Part shown: positions 11,401 to 24,826 of the stretch, piece after piece
How the letters are laid out: each line of letters opens with the position of its first letter
How positions within the stretch are numbered: the stretch's first letter is position 1
Source of the DNA: Gekko japonicus
Taxonomy: Eukaryota
Length of the DNA: 64,000 nt
Assembly (NCBI RefSeq): GCF_001447785.1
Contig: NW_015167536.1
Coordinates: 434,001-498,000 of the forward strand
Reading direction: 5' to 3'
The notes under the pieces: generated by a model
Databases searched by the model: none
Told to the model about the DNA's origin: nothing
The model's input: the letters and a program-made list of their open reading frames with translations, nothing else
Position numbers and translations under genes: made by a program

Positions 11401-13307
11401 GCGTGATATTATATAGAGCTGTATAAAATATGGATATAAGGAACTACTTACGCCCGCGAACAGATTAAACAAAGAAGAATACGATTTTAATACGTTCAGG
11501 AAGAATAATTCAACGATGAGAAATGGTTGTCATTATCTATGAGTCCTTATTTTATTTTATTGTTTGCACATGGGGGTAGGGGAGAGGGAAAAATTAATCT
11601 TGGGACGCCGGGAGAGAGAGAGAAGAAACAATAAGTCAAGAGACGATATTATTTGCCTTAATGATGTGTGTTTTTAAAAGAAGTGATCGCTTAGAAAGAA
11701 TTAAACGATATATTTGAAGAGGCATTTTTTTCCACTTTGGAAAAATACAGTCCATTTGTATTGCCTTTAACGGAGTTAGGATTTAATATTTGGCGATCTG
11801 CTTCAACACACTCGTTTTTGCCCTCCAGGAATGGGGTAACAGTGGTGATCTCGGGCGGAGGTGCCTCCTGTATTTTTTTTAATGAATATTTCCACGCTGG
11901 AAAGGATTGAAGTTAGTGAGTTCACGAGTGGGGGGGGGGGGGGAGATCCCTTAAGCAAGGGAGGGGGAGAGGGTGAATAGACACCCCCTCAAACTGCCGA
12001 CGACCAAACAGCTTTGAGAGGCCAAACTTCCTAAAAAGTCCTAAGTGCTCGTCCAGCACCTTCATAGGGGGACTGCTGAGGCGGCGGCAAAAGGAACAGA
12101 GGGGAGGAGACGCCCCCCCCCCAGCTTTGAAAGTAGTAAAATGTCTGCACGAATCCGGCCTTTATGGCAGACCCCCGAACTGAAATAACCTTATTTTTGT
12201 CTTGCTCTTTCTCCCCCCCCCATCTTCCACCCTCCCTCATCCTCCGAAAGAAGGGGGGGGGAGTGAGACACCAAATTGGGAAAGTGTTGGCTTGCCAACT
12301 TTCAGTCACTTGGTGGCAGTATATAAAACAAGTAAACAACAAAAGAGAGAAATTAAACAGGGGGGAGAGAAAGATACTTTTTTTTTTGGCCCGAGTTCCC
12401 ACTCTCAATAAAACACAACATAAAGTTTGGGGTTGATGCCTGAGTCTGTGCCCGCCTGCCGTCTACGATCCTGCAAAAACAAGAAGGGAAATTTGCCAAA
12501 CAACCCGTGTCAATCGAGGCAGCAGAGCGAAGGGGACACACTTAGGCAAGGTCCAGGACGAATATGGCCCATTATTTTCTTTTTATGTTCGGGTGACTCG
12601 CAAACCAACAGCCTTTGACTCGACTGACCCAAAGTCACCCTGGTCAGTACCAACCGGCTTTGCTTATAACTTTGTAAGGGCTGGAACTGTGAGAAAGCCT
12701 TTCTGCTTAGGTTTAGACGCCGGCTGGTGGGTCTGTGTAGTCTTTGGGAGAGTCACTCCAGCCATCGACTTCAACGCGTTTAGACAGGAGCAAGTCTGCC
12801 TAGGATTAGACCGCAGCAACTCCGTTTGGGATCAGCGTCTCTTAAATTCTGTTCAGGACTGGGAAAATTGAGCTGCGGCCTGTCCCAAAGCGCTTGCCAC
12901 GATCATAGGTAAGTGTCGCAAAAGTAGCTCTGTCGTGGCAGTCCTGCAGTGTTTGGATCCAACGATAGGTAGTTTACACCCTATGAGTCCACTAGTTTGT
13001 TAGGAGGCACCTTCAATGTTGTATGCACAGGGGACTGACCCACACATACAAGTCCTGAAAATCAGGCTTGTTTACTGGTAAATCTCAAACTGACTATGAC
13101 CAGCAACCTGAGACATGATTTTGTAACCACTGGCTCTCCATACCAATGCTCTGAACCGCCCACCTTCGTTTCTTTTCGCCCTGGTCTCCGCTGGTAAATC
13201 AATACAGAATTGCCCGGGGAAGCAGCTGGAGCACCTGGACTTCTCAAGAGCAGAGACCCGTTTCTCCAGACTGCCTGCTCTCAAGCATTCAAGAGGACCC
13301 TTCCCAA

Positions 13308-13514
13308 CAATGCTCCCTCTAAGCTGTGGAGTCTTGTGAGCAAAAATTCTACTTTGTGAGCTACTGGCATTGAAGTTGTGAGCAAGCAATTTTGGCTACT
13401 ACATAAGTTAGTTTGCTCTGGAACCCTCCTTCCTGAGCTAAGACAAAAACGTGTGAGCCGGAGGCTAAAAAATTGTGAGCTGGCTCACACCAACTCAGCT
13501 TAGAGGGAACATTG
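13308..13514. mobile_element. Non-autonomous hAT-type DNA transposon (MITE), 207 bp
   Basis: Terminal inverted repeats CAATGCTCCCTCTAAGCTG (13308-13326) and CAGCTTAGAGGGAACATTG (13496-13514) match 18/19. A perfect 8-bp target-site duplication CTTCCCAA lies at 13300-13307 and 13515-13522. TGTGAGC recurs internally. Confidence 0.9.
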
Positions 13515-15752
13515 CTTCCCAATGCTGCCAAACCCAGAGAGGGCCCTGCAAAGCCCAAGCCAGTTTTTCTGCGGGACCCTCGAGGCCCAGATGGTTTCCC
13601 AGAGGAGAGCGAAAGGACCGGGAGCAGGGCGGAAACGCAGCGTGTCACGTCTGAAGGCAGAGATGAAACTGCAGAGGGCGAAGACATGTCAGACCCTTGC
13701 AGCCAAATATGACAGAAGTCCGGTGGCACCTCAAAGGCGACCAACTTTTATTCCACCATGAGCTTAGGCCAGCTCTGACTCAGGAAAGCGCCTGGTGGAG
13801 TCAAAGACTTCGAGGCGACGCTGGACTTCTGTTTTATACATGGAATTTGCAAACATAAAATGGCGAATTGTTTCCTTTAGCTCCCGAGTACAGTCCCTTA
13901 CACTCTTCACGGTCTCTTCTGCGGCTCTCTGAAAAATATGCTCCCTCCGGTAACTAATCTCTTAAAATTGGGAGGTTCACAGGAGCTTTGTTTTGTCTTG
14001 TTAAAAAAACAACAACAGCATAAGTGAATTTACTAATAAAAAAAATATATGGGTACGATCCGGCACACCGGACCAGAAGATCTAAGCACGTGCTTCAATA
14101 ATCTCCCTTTGAAACCTTAAATTGGGAGGAAACCATACCCCCCCTTTTCGAAATACCAGGCTCCTGGACTCAGAGCAGTTCCTAACAGCCAATCACTCAT
14201 ATTAAAAAAATCAAAAGTCCACGAGGAATAATGATGATGATGACGATGATGATAGCGACAACAGCAACGATAATAGTAACAACAACATTTTTAAAACCAC
14301 CAAGCCCAAAGTACACTGAAATGGGTGTCAATATCCCTCCATGCTTTTTAGCAATAACTCAAGGGGAATGCTTTTGATGTCGGCGGCTACTGCTGCTTTT
14401 CAATCCAATCCTAGTTTTCTCCCAGCAACCTGGCTCTTCTGTTGCAACCCGAATTGTTCCGAGTTTAACCACTGATGTAGGAAACTGTAATTATGTCCCC
14501 CCATGCCCCCATACACATGTTTCCCGTCCCCCCCTCCCTCTTCTCCACACCGGGGAATGAAACAGGGATATCACATGATTTCAAAGAGTACTACCATTAG
14601 TATGCTTTAAAAAACCACCTTTAACTAATGATATTCTATTTCCTCCGACTCCCACCCTTTCCCCTTCTCTCCGTGGAATGACTTAAGAAAAACTGGCCTA
14701 TTGCTAGGAAACAGATTGTCGCGGTTACAGTTACCGTCCTGACAATCCCTTTGCACCCCCTGGTTTTACCGTTATTTGTACCCTTGGTCCCATCTTAATA
14801 AACATTCATATGATTGCTACTGCCAAGTCAAACGTGTGGTCTTTCAGTGTTTCGTATTTGACGCAAGGTTTATGACGCCACTTCAGGGTTAAACGCCGCC
14901 TGCCAAAGCAGAATAACTTCAGCGGCAGTTACAGGATCGAATTTGGGTCGCAAACCATCAATTCTTCCCTTTCACAAGCGTGTATGTCAATAATACTTTG
15001 GCCTTTTCACTACGACCCCTGGTCTTACGGCGGCGTTCTGGATAAAAGAAGCCTGATCCACGTTCTTTTCGTGCAGTCCGTAAAAATCGCAGATAATATA
15101 AATCAGGACTTTGTTTCCTCTCTCTCGCTCTTTTCTCTCCTATATCTACCGAAATGCTTTGACTTTATGAACGACGGCAATATGTCAGTTTAAGGGGAAA
15201 ATCAATGCATTGCAATGTGTTTTTGGACGGGCGATCCTTTGCCATTCAGAGAGAGGCGATTGTGGCGGAGGTCTGGAGGCAACAGACGCAACAAATGAGA
15301 CATTGTAAACGCAGAAAAGGGCGAGCGAGTGAGGGTCAGTCACCAGAGCCAACCTAGCTCGAAGCGGAGAAAACAGACCTGCTAACCAAGAGAACATTTC
15401 AACGACCCTCTAGTGCAGACCATCCTCGTCTGCTCGCCAAAAGCTCTTCACCACGACCCTCATCACCAGACAACAGCAACAGCCCCCACACATATATAGG
15501 GTATCCTGGTCGGCTGCTCCAATCCTTCACCCATTTCCTTGCAGGTATATTACGTCACCCCCATATCAACACCAGAGACAACGAAGTCATATCCCATTGA
15601 CCCGAGTGGACCTTAACAGCCATTTTAATGCTCAAGGACTGCAGTCCCAAACCATTTACTCCCAAGTAAAGGTGTAGCTCGCAGAGGCGAGGCACTAGGC
15701 ATATGTCATGCCCCAGAAACCCGATCCTCAGCAACAAAACCAGAGACATATC

Positions 15753-15818
<66 letters not shown>
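15753..15818. repeat. (CTAT)n microsatellite
   Basis: About 16 perfect units. Confidence 0.95.
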
Positions 15819-15820
<2 letters not shown>

Positions 15821-16338
15821 AAACCATACATATACACGGAGCACTTACCATCTGCAGGGTTTGTGCTTTCCTTATTTACAAGAAGCCCATGGAGCTTGAC
15901 TGGAGCTGTTGTCTCCCCCAAGAATCAAATGGCAGGCACCACCGGGAAGCATTTGATCAGATATCTGAACGCCAACCCGCAGGATAAGGACAGCTTACTT
16001 TTGCCACTTTCCTTCCCCACCCCCGTTTCCAATATAAACAATAGTCATTCATTCATTGCAACCCGCGGAGCAATCCAATTAGAACAGCGTAACCCTTCGA
16101 AAAGCCCCGCACCCCTTATCCTCAGTGGCAAATTTAATAGCGGCGAGGCCTTTATAAACCTGGATGCGGAATGTGTTAAATATTTCATTAAGGGATCGAG
16201 CTGAAGGCCCTTAAAATGAGAGACAAACAGGGTGCAGTTGCAAAAGATTTGCATTTCCACATCTTGTATTAATATTGGCAAGGGGAAGCCATTTGTAATA
16301 ATTCAGGAAGGAACCTCGGTCTTTGTTCCCCCTCCCCT

Positions 16339-16371
<33 letters not shown>

Positions 16372-17651
16372 GACAGAAGTGCGATTGTCTCAGCCTTCGT
16401 TTTGTTATTGTTGTGTTTCGATTATTTCGTAATCATTGGAAGGTTGCCCTGAGCAACGTGAAGTGAGGAAACCCACGTTCTTCAGCCGAAACAGTCTAGA
16501 TAGGCCAATACATATATATAAAAAACCCTCTTTCCTTCGATGAGCCCGGGGTTATTAATAGATTAATATATGGTGGGGGGAAGACAGGCAGGCAGGCAGG
16601 AAGGAAGGAAGGAAGGAAGGAGAGCGAAAAAAGAAAGATATAATGTACTTTACTAAAGCACTGAGGGAAACATTCTGAATCAATTCAATAAAACTGCAGA
16701 TAAAAATGGGCCGAACACTGAAACTTGTAAAATGTTGGAAGGCAGAAACCTCAGGACAAGTCTATGATTCTGCAAAGCACGTTAGTTTGTATAAGAGAGT
16801 AAAACAGACCCCGGTTAGAACCGACAGCTACATAAAGGCAGGCATCCAGGTGGTTCGTTTGGACAGCACCTTTGCGCAAAAGGGCAGGGGGTGGGGTTAG
16901 GGCGTGAGTCGGACAGAGAACTGAGCACAGGGAAACTCGCCAAAAAATGGGGAGGATCGACTTAAAAAAAAAAAATCTTAAAATTCAAGCCGAACAGGGC
17001 AAGCTTCCAGCAGAAGCAACGGGAAGCAGAGCTGGGGGAGCAGAAAAGCAAAGGCCCCTCCCGATCCGCCACAAACAGAGGCGGCCCCTAATTGCTCATT
17101 AAAAAGGGCCCTCCCGCTTGCTCGCTCGCCGGCGGTACACCAGGGGGGGTGTCTACGCTGTTCCAGGAGGAGGCTCTGCACTGCGCATGTGCCGGAAGCA
17201 CCCAATGCACTCTTATGAAAAGTTGCTATTGTTTATTATTTTAAAAAAACATAAACGTTTTTTTTTTAAAAAAAATATCTATATACATTGGCTGCAGTGA
17301 TCTTTGCCCAGTATTATGTCCGACCCAGCCGCTTTAACCGGTGAAATGTGGACCCTCGCGGGCTCCTTCTCCTCTTGCTCCCCCCCTTCCTTTCCAGCCC
17401 TCCCCTCCCCTCCCCTCCCCACCCCAGTGACATCACCACCAGCAGCAGAAAACCCTCTCGCTCCCCCCCCCGGCTCCCACCCACCCCCGAATTAACCACA
17501 TTTGCGCCGATCCCTTCCTGATCATATTCTATCATAACCGGGCTACACCCTCTCTTCTCGTCTGCCTCGCGAAGCACGATGCATCATTATCTTTAACACC
17601 CAGCGCCATGGATCATTAGTTACACATTTTAGCCAATAAGGGAACACTTAC

Positions 17652-18314
17652 CCGACTCTCTCTCTCTCTCCCTCTCTCTCTCTTTCTCTCTCTCCCTCTT
17701 TCTCTCTCTCTCTTTTCTTTTTTTCTGCCTCTTTTCTGTTCCGCTGACGCTGCGTTCAGCTCCACAGAAATACATTAAAAAAAGAAGAGAGAAACAACAA
17801 CAACAACAAAAAAGAAAAGAAAAATAAACCCAAACGTAAAGCAGTCCTCGGATTTTTTTTTTTTAAACATGGGGGTTAGGATAGCAAGCTTAGGGTGAGC
17901 ATATATTTCCCCTTAAAAAAAAAAATCCAAAGGTATTTACAACTCCTTCTTCCCCCCTCGCCATTGCCTTCTCCCAAGGAAATGTGTTGCGTTTTTGCCC
18001 CTAGGGGTGGAGAATGGGAGGAGGAGGAGGAGGAGGCGACCCAGCCGCAGCCGTAAACTAATTATTCCCAAAATGCCCGGAGACACCAACAACCCCCAAC
18101 CCAAAGGAAAGGAAAGGAAAAGAAAGAAAGAAAAGGAACCGAGACAAATTCCTCCCCTCCCCCCCTTCCACCAAAAACACTAATAATAATCATCATCATC
18201 AAAGGAAACGGAAAAAAAAAATTACAGATACCATCGTACCCCCGTTTCACTGGCACTGCTTGGACTGTTAAAGGAAGGAGTACTGCGAAAGAGTCATAAG
18301 AGAAACCACAATAA
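17652..18314 (-). ncRNA. Non-coding upstream first exon (shared leader type for HOXC6/C5/C4 transcripts)
   Basis: Starts TTATTGTGGTTT and ends in a GA-rich tract followed by a consensus donor CGG|GTAAGT (17652/17651). It resembles my recollection of the human shared 5' exon. The 5' end is approximate. Confidence 0.6.
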
Positions 18315-18420
18315 AAAGTTCACGTTCATGGATGGAGTCCACATGACTTCCTGTGGCCAATCCAACTTGTGATTCAGTCGTAAACTTTTATTGCTCAGCT
18401 GTAAATTTTCTCCAAACAAC
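18315..18420 (-). promoter_or_regulatory. Promoter of the upstream non-coding exon
   Basis: E-box-like CACATG (18340-18345), CCAAT (18357-18361), Hox/Cdx sites GTCGTAAA (18377-18384) and TTTTATTG (18386-18393). Confidence 0.55.
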
Positions 18421-18668
18421 CAAGAATGCGTTGCATTTTTTTTTGGTGTGTGTGTGTGGGTGGGTGGGTGNNNNNNNNNNNNNNNNNNNNNNNNNNNNNN
18501 NNNNNGTGTTGTGGGTGGTGGTGGGGGTGGGTGCGTGACGAGGGCAAACGCTCTTCTCTGTCGCCATGTTTATACAATTCGCCTTTCTCTTATATATACA
18601 CATGTGTGTTAAGGGTGTGTTGTTGGGTGTGTGCATAGAGAGACGCACAGGCACATACACTTTCTCTT

Positions 18669-18700
<32 letters not shown>

Positions 18701-21700
18701 TTTGCTTTCCGAGTCTTCCTTTTGTCCCCCACATTTCCCCCCTCGTTAAAAGCCACGAATACCAGGATACATTTGACGAGATCGGAGGAGGCGTGACAAC
18801 CTTTTAAGCCAATTTATTCATTTTCTTTCCAAACAGGCAAATATGGGGCGGGGGGAGAGGAGGGGGAGAGGGGGGGGAAGGCGAGCGTCCGTCATACAAT
18901 GCTACTCTCTCTCTCTTTATTATTGTTGTTGCTAATTTGCTTATTGTTTCGATTTGGGCTCTTCTGGGCTTATTCCTGGGGCAAACCCACCAGTCCAAAC
19001 TCTCCCTGATTACGGCTTTTAATCGAACAAACCCAATGAGTGGCAACAAACGCAAGGCGAAGAAACAAAGACGGGACAAAACCCGGAATGTCCACAATTA
19101 TGATTAGGTGATTACGGAGCCACAAAGACCCGACAGCCAACTCCTTTCTTCGGTGCCCAACAGAAGGAATGATAAACACCATCTCCCGGAGAAGGGTTGC
19201 TTGAACTCCCTCCCAAACTGGAGTTCAACTCCAAAGGGATCTTTTTCCGAAGACGAGACAACCCTTCAGGGAAAGGTGCGTCTTCAGAGGTTACAAACCC
19301 TCTCCTTTTCATTTCCTTCTACCAGGACTGTTTCACTTCCTCGAATCCAGAGGCTGGAGGAGATCATGGAAGTGTAACAGGCAAAATACCACCCAAACCT
19401 CTAGCTCCAGTTCAATAGGACCTCGTCAGGTTCACACCAAGCACTTCGGCGACGCTGGGGCGTAGATCGGACTTTAAAAGAACCCCAAAGAACTACGGTA
19501 TCTGACACCTGATCGAGCAAATGGCCTCCAAGTCCAACGAGGGTCCTGCCCAAAAGTGGCCGGTTTCAAAATTAGTTTGGTTCCGAATTAATACGTAGCC
19601 GTACGATTCATCACGCAGAGGCCGGCGGAATATCTCAATATCTGGTCATAGTTTTAGAGTCAGTTGTTCACGCCAGGATATTATTATCATTATCATTACT
19701 ATCATTATCATTATTATCATTACGCAAATGGCTAGAAATATTTATTTGAATTAGGGGGGATAAACTGTGTTGGGTAGAACCATGAGATAACCAAGAAACT
19801 GCAGGAACCCCCCCCCCCTTTGAAGATTATAACTCAGAGTAAGCCGTTGCAGAGGCAGACAGACAAATAATAGACAGACAGACGAACAAACGTATTCCGT
19901 CTGTAAGTGCTTGAGGTGCTGACATTGCTGTCTTCAGAGGCACCCCCAGAACTGAGTCATAACCTTGGGAGAATTGGCGTGGCGGGGCTCGCAAAGAGAG
20001 CCGTCTTTTGTCCAAGTCTCTGTCCGACTTTACCTGAACTCCGGCGGGTGTTAATAGGGCTGGACTGTGCCCAGACATCTCTTTTTTAAAAAATTCCGTC
20101 CGGCAGTTAACTGTCCCTTTTATGTTTCAGAATTCTTCAGTGGGGAAAAGACGGGGCGAATTGGGTGTGTTTCTCTGTCTAAGTGCGTGGTGCGTGTCTG
20201 TCCCAAAAACTCATTATAGGTTGTAATCCAACCGGATGGGAAGGGGGAAATTCCTTCCCCCCCTCCCGCACTTTACAAACCGTCCATAAATTTTATAACA
20301 GGTAGTTAAAAGTTACGACGAGGAAGGAACCGTCACAACAGTGGCTCTGGAAGACAATGGGACTCCCCGTTTTCCAGGGAGAAAAAAGGGTCCATAAAGA
20401 GAACAGGACATTTTTTTCCATCTCTTCACCAAGCGCCTAACCTGTCCGCCAGGTTCTCATCCCTGGCGAAGGGTCGCGTTTCCCTCCTTTCCTTTTTTGG
20501 GGGAGGGGGGGTTATCTCTGCCTCATTCCCTTCAGACGACTCTCCTGCATTACCAAATGAGCCGCCGGCCCCCGTCACTGAGGTGATGTGGATTTCACCC
20601 ACCTCGCATCTGGAGGCGGGAGGGCGACTGGAAAGTAATGGAACGGCGACCCAACTTTCCCAAGCCGACAACCAAATATCTAACTTGAAATTGAGAACGA
20701 AAACGAGAGGCAGAGTGAGAAACAGAGGGCGACGGACGGNNNNNNNNNNNNNNNNNNNNNNNNNNNNNNNNNNNNNNNNNNNNNNNNNNNNNNNNNNNNN
20801 NNNNNNNNNNNNNNNNNNNNNNNNNNNNNNNNNNNNNNNNNNNNNNNNNNNNNNNNNNNNNNNNNNNNNNNNNNNNNNNNNNNNNNNNNNNNNNNNNNNN
20901 NNNNNNNNNNNNNNNNNNNNNNNNNNNNNNNNNNNNNNNNNNNNNNNNNNNNNNNNNNNNNNNNNNNNNNNNNNNNNNNNNNNNNNNNNNNNNNTCTTCC
21001 CCCCCCCCCCCACCCCCGCCCGCTTAATGGGTACATTATCACGGAACGGCTGCTGTGATTAGAATAATAAATTAAGCCAAAATGAGCAATATGCTCCGCC
21101 GCAGCATTTCGAGGGATGATATTTTTCACAAATCACAAATGAAGATTTGAAGGAATTGTGATGGGCTAATAAAAAAAAAAGGCAGCCCGGAATACGATGA
21201 TATTTCTTAACTCCAGGCGGGTGGAGGCGAATCTCATTTCGGTAATACTGAAGCAATGATCATTTCCGAAATCAGCCACTTTGTGGAAACCGTTATCTTC
21301 TTTCAAATTACTTAGCCCCATAAAAATGGCCTTTCTCTTCTTCTTCTTCTTCTTCTCCCCCCCCCATCTTTTCTTCTCGATCTTGAAATGATGGAGTGAT
21401 TACAAAAAAAATTGCATGTCATCTAAAGATGCGTCTCGGTTGTGTTGACTATAAGCTATAAACAGCCCCCCCCCCCAAAGTAACAGCCTTTTTCTTGCAA
21501 TTTCAATAATTTAACATCTAACCCTATGATGGATAAGTATCTTTCGGGAGATTCCTTCAAATCAAACCACTTAAGAATGTTGATTTAAATATGATGGATA
21601 GTGTGCAGAGACAGCTTTTTTCTCCCCATCCCACCCCCCTTGTCCTCTCTCCCACCTCGATTTCCCTTTATTTCGAAATTAACTAAGTTTTCTCGCCTCC

Positions 21701-24015
21701 CCCGTCCTTGCAGCTACTAAAAAAAAATCACCCAAAGAACTGTCTACTCAAGGGCTTCCTTGAACCTGTGGGGCGCGGGGCGGCGACGGGGGGGGGGGAA
21801 TAAGAGGCGCTTTAAAGCCAAGACTACTGACTTAGTTAACAGGATGCCAAGAGAGGTCCTAAGCTTGGTTTTGAAAGGTGGGGAGGTCAACTTTGAGCTC
21901 CTTCGCTCCAGGGTCGCTAGCCACCCTCCCAATGGCTAGTGAGGAGAAATAATACATTCCGAATATATATATATTCAGCATTGCAGTTAAGATAGGCCCG
22001 GCCTGGCCCTTATGACGAGGAGTAATAAAACAGCTTACCTTTCTACTCTGCGGCCTCATCAAGCTCGGGCTATGGAGGCTTTTATTGTCCATCCCTTTGC
22101 AAAGAGAAAGCGAATTGGTGGGATCTGGTATGTCCCCCTCAAGGATATGCCTGTTTAGTAATAGGGATGCGGGTGTGGGTGTCTATACCTAGGCAAGAAC
22201 CTTCACTTTGTGTTGTGGATTCGAATCCCAGCGGCGGGCGCAGCAACCTGCCTCCTCAGTGCCTGTATGACGGTATCGTTCACCGTTATGCCGGTAACAT
22301 TGTCTTGTTTGCCCCCCCACACACACACACACCCTTTTCCCAGTCTGAACTAGGATTTCGAAAGGAGCCTCCTACAGTCATGATCACTGAAAGTCCCCAT
22401 TGTAAAACAAAGAAATGAAAGCTCGTCTGTGGATGTGGAAAAGCCGGCTTATCTGCACCCAACCTGCCCCAGGACGGTGGTGTTTTCAGGTCCTTGAGTT
22501 CCTTATTGTATCTCGAGAAACACCTGGCTCGACAAGGTCTTTAATGTGCCTGCGTGTCCAGCGTCTGGAGCGGAATTCTGAAGCCGAACACAAGGACTTA
22601 GCTGGAATATTTTAAGGCCCTGAAATGCATAGGTGTACACACCCGCCCACGCACACACGCATGGAGTTGTATACACATGTGTGAATGGACACAGGAGTGT
22701 ACAGAGGCACGTGGACACGCCCAACGGAAATATGGACCCCATAATCCACCCACCCTATAGTTTCCTCCTGTAATCTTCAGAGCTTCTCTCTCCCTCGAGC
22801 TGTCTGTGCGTCTCTCTCTTTCACACGTACATACATACCTCTCATTTATAGGTTTAAGAACTTCAGAATTGCCATTTGGAGATCAGGAATGTTCCCAGCA
22901 CCCCCAGACTCCTGTCCAGATTCAGTTTACTAAGCCAGAATGTGTTTTAGGAATTCTGATAGGTCTTATCTGGGGTATCACTGTAAACAACCTGTCAATT
23001 TCCATACCAAATGCCGATGTGGGATGCAGTCCATTTCTCAGCATGCTAGATAGGAGAATACCTCCCCCCCCCCCCAACACCCACTTTCAGAAGCACATAT
23101 AAAAGGCACACAAAATAGCATTTTGACCTGAAGCATGTACGTTTGCCTGTGGACAATCACCTAGTGGAAAAATAATACTGTTCCTTCAGTTCACGGCTCA
23201 GTGTTCTAGTGCAGCCCAACTATGGCTTCTGCAGAGACTTCTGCGTGCAAAATAACATTTTCCTTCCTCCCATAATGCCCCATCTGCATTATAAGGGAGA
23301 CCTGCAAAGGGATGATTCCTTTCGAGCCATTTCCACCACCTTCGCATAGGTACACCAAGAGGCACCTTGTGAAATATCAGATATTGCCTGCGGATCCAGC
23401 CATCCTTTTGAATGCCATAGCTAGGAAGACATGTATTTTAAGCATGCTGATTTTTGTTTCATGCCAGAGGAGGTGAGGTGTGTGTGTGTGGGGGGGGGGG
23501 GGTTGAGAAAGAAGACGCATCTACCTATGCCACAGCTACTGAAGGCTAGTGGTAAAGACTTGATAGTAATTTGGAGGGTATCAGCAGAATACGGGATGGG
23601 TGGGTGAGTAACCGGTGAACCCTTAGGAGGGAATAATTCCATCCCAGAGCCCTGCGTAGGTCCTTGCATTGCCTGCCTTACATAAAGATCTCCTCTTATG
23701 GACCAATAACACTAGCCGTGGATAGGTAAGGAATGATCTTGATTTCCCCTCTCCTCTTTGTTTACTCAGTTGCTATCCAGATGCCAAACCTGAAGACGTC
23801 TCATATCCCACTGATTTCCACGTATCTAGGTTCCCAATTCACTCAGTTCATGATCTTCATCCCCGTGTATGTGTTAAAATCACACCTGGTTTTTAACGGT
23901 TTTGAATACTCCTGTAACGTGAACGTTTGAATTGTTCTCTACTAGTGGAGTTGGTGGTTCCCAGGAATTGTCCGGCTATCAAAAAACAACCCAACTCGAT
24001 TCTTTTGGGCTTCTT

Positions 24016-24028
24016 TTTATTGTTTATT
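24016..24028 (-). terminator. HOXC8: Tandem AATAAA, likely HOXC8 polyadenylation signals
   Basis: tttatt at 24016-24021 and 24023-24028, just beyond the last miR-196 site. Confidence 0.65.
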
Positions 24029-24296
24029 TACGTAATGTCTCACTTATACAATACAAATCCACGGTTGCCAGAATTGGGCTTTTCTGACAGAAATTGCTAC
24101 ATTCAGAGTTTGGAACACGCAGAGAACTATGGTGTACATAAAACAAATGACTTTTTTTCCTTTTTTTTTTTGTAATTCGAGCATGTTGCATTAACAGATA
24201 AGTCAAGACAAATAGATAACTATACATTCAGTGCAATTGAAGTCCTAAACTACATTATAAGCACAATAAAATAATACAATACTGTGCGTTCATATC

Positions 24297-24317
24297 TAGG
24301 CAGTTTCAGTTGTTGGG
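24297..24317 (-). promoter_or_regulatory. HOXC8: Extended miR-196 complementary site in HOXC8 3'UTR
   Basis: mRNA CCCAACAACTGAAACTGCCTA pairs with miR-196a UAGGUAGUUUCAUGUUGUUGGG, with one G:U pair and one bulge. Confidence 0.9.
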
Positions 24318-24724
24318 AATTAAATTTACCTCTCTTTTTCCAAGAAAAAAAATAAGCAGCAACATACGACAACAAAACCGCGTTACAAATACTTTCAAAG
24401 CATGACTCCTTCTATAGGTAGTGATAAGATACATTACAATGTGGGGTGGTTCCTTTTTTTGTATTTTTTATTATTACTTATTATTCTTATTATTTTCTGC
24501 TACTTAGTAGCTTGCATTGGGGCATTACACTCCTCTCGTTTTTTAAAAAATGATTTCCACGAAGTTTATTTTTTCCCTCCCGTCTGTGTAAGCCCCCACT
24601 TTGTTGCTAACAGAGTATTATTGCAGGTTTCCCATTAGGTAGTATGTTAAGAATTTCGAGCGCTCACACCAAGTCCTATAAGTAAACAACACCCATAGGA
24701 AATCGTTCCATGGGTCCACGTTCG

Positions 24725-24826
24725 TCGCAGCTCTCCTATGCAGGTTTACTCAGAAGTAAGCCCCCCCCCCTTTCCCCTGATTGGGGTGGGATTTCCTTCC
24801 AGGTGAAGATGCAATAGGGTCGCAGC
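24725..24826. repeat. Degenerate palindromic repeat inside the HOXC8 3'UTR
   Basis: tcctatgcaggtttactcagaagtaagcc...gggatttccttccaggtgaagatgcaatagggtcgcagc; shares 14 bp exactly with the 2404-2445 element. Confidence 0.5.

Noticed and set aside
19195-19260. Possible decayed homeobox (HOXC7 pseudogene)
   Set aside because: Only a vague LELEKEF-like patch, explained by a short inverted repeat (ttgaactcc/ggagttcaa); no helix-3 WFQNRR remnant.
22215-22235. tRNA B-box-like GGATTCGAATCCC (similar motif near 624-636)
   Set aside because: No cloverleaf or A-box; at most an old SINE fragment that cannot be supported without a repeat library.
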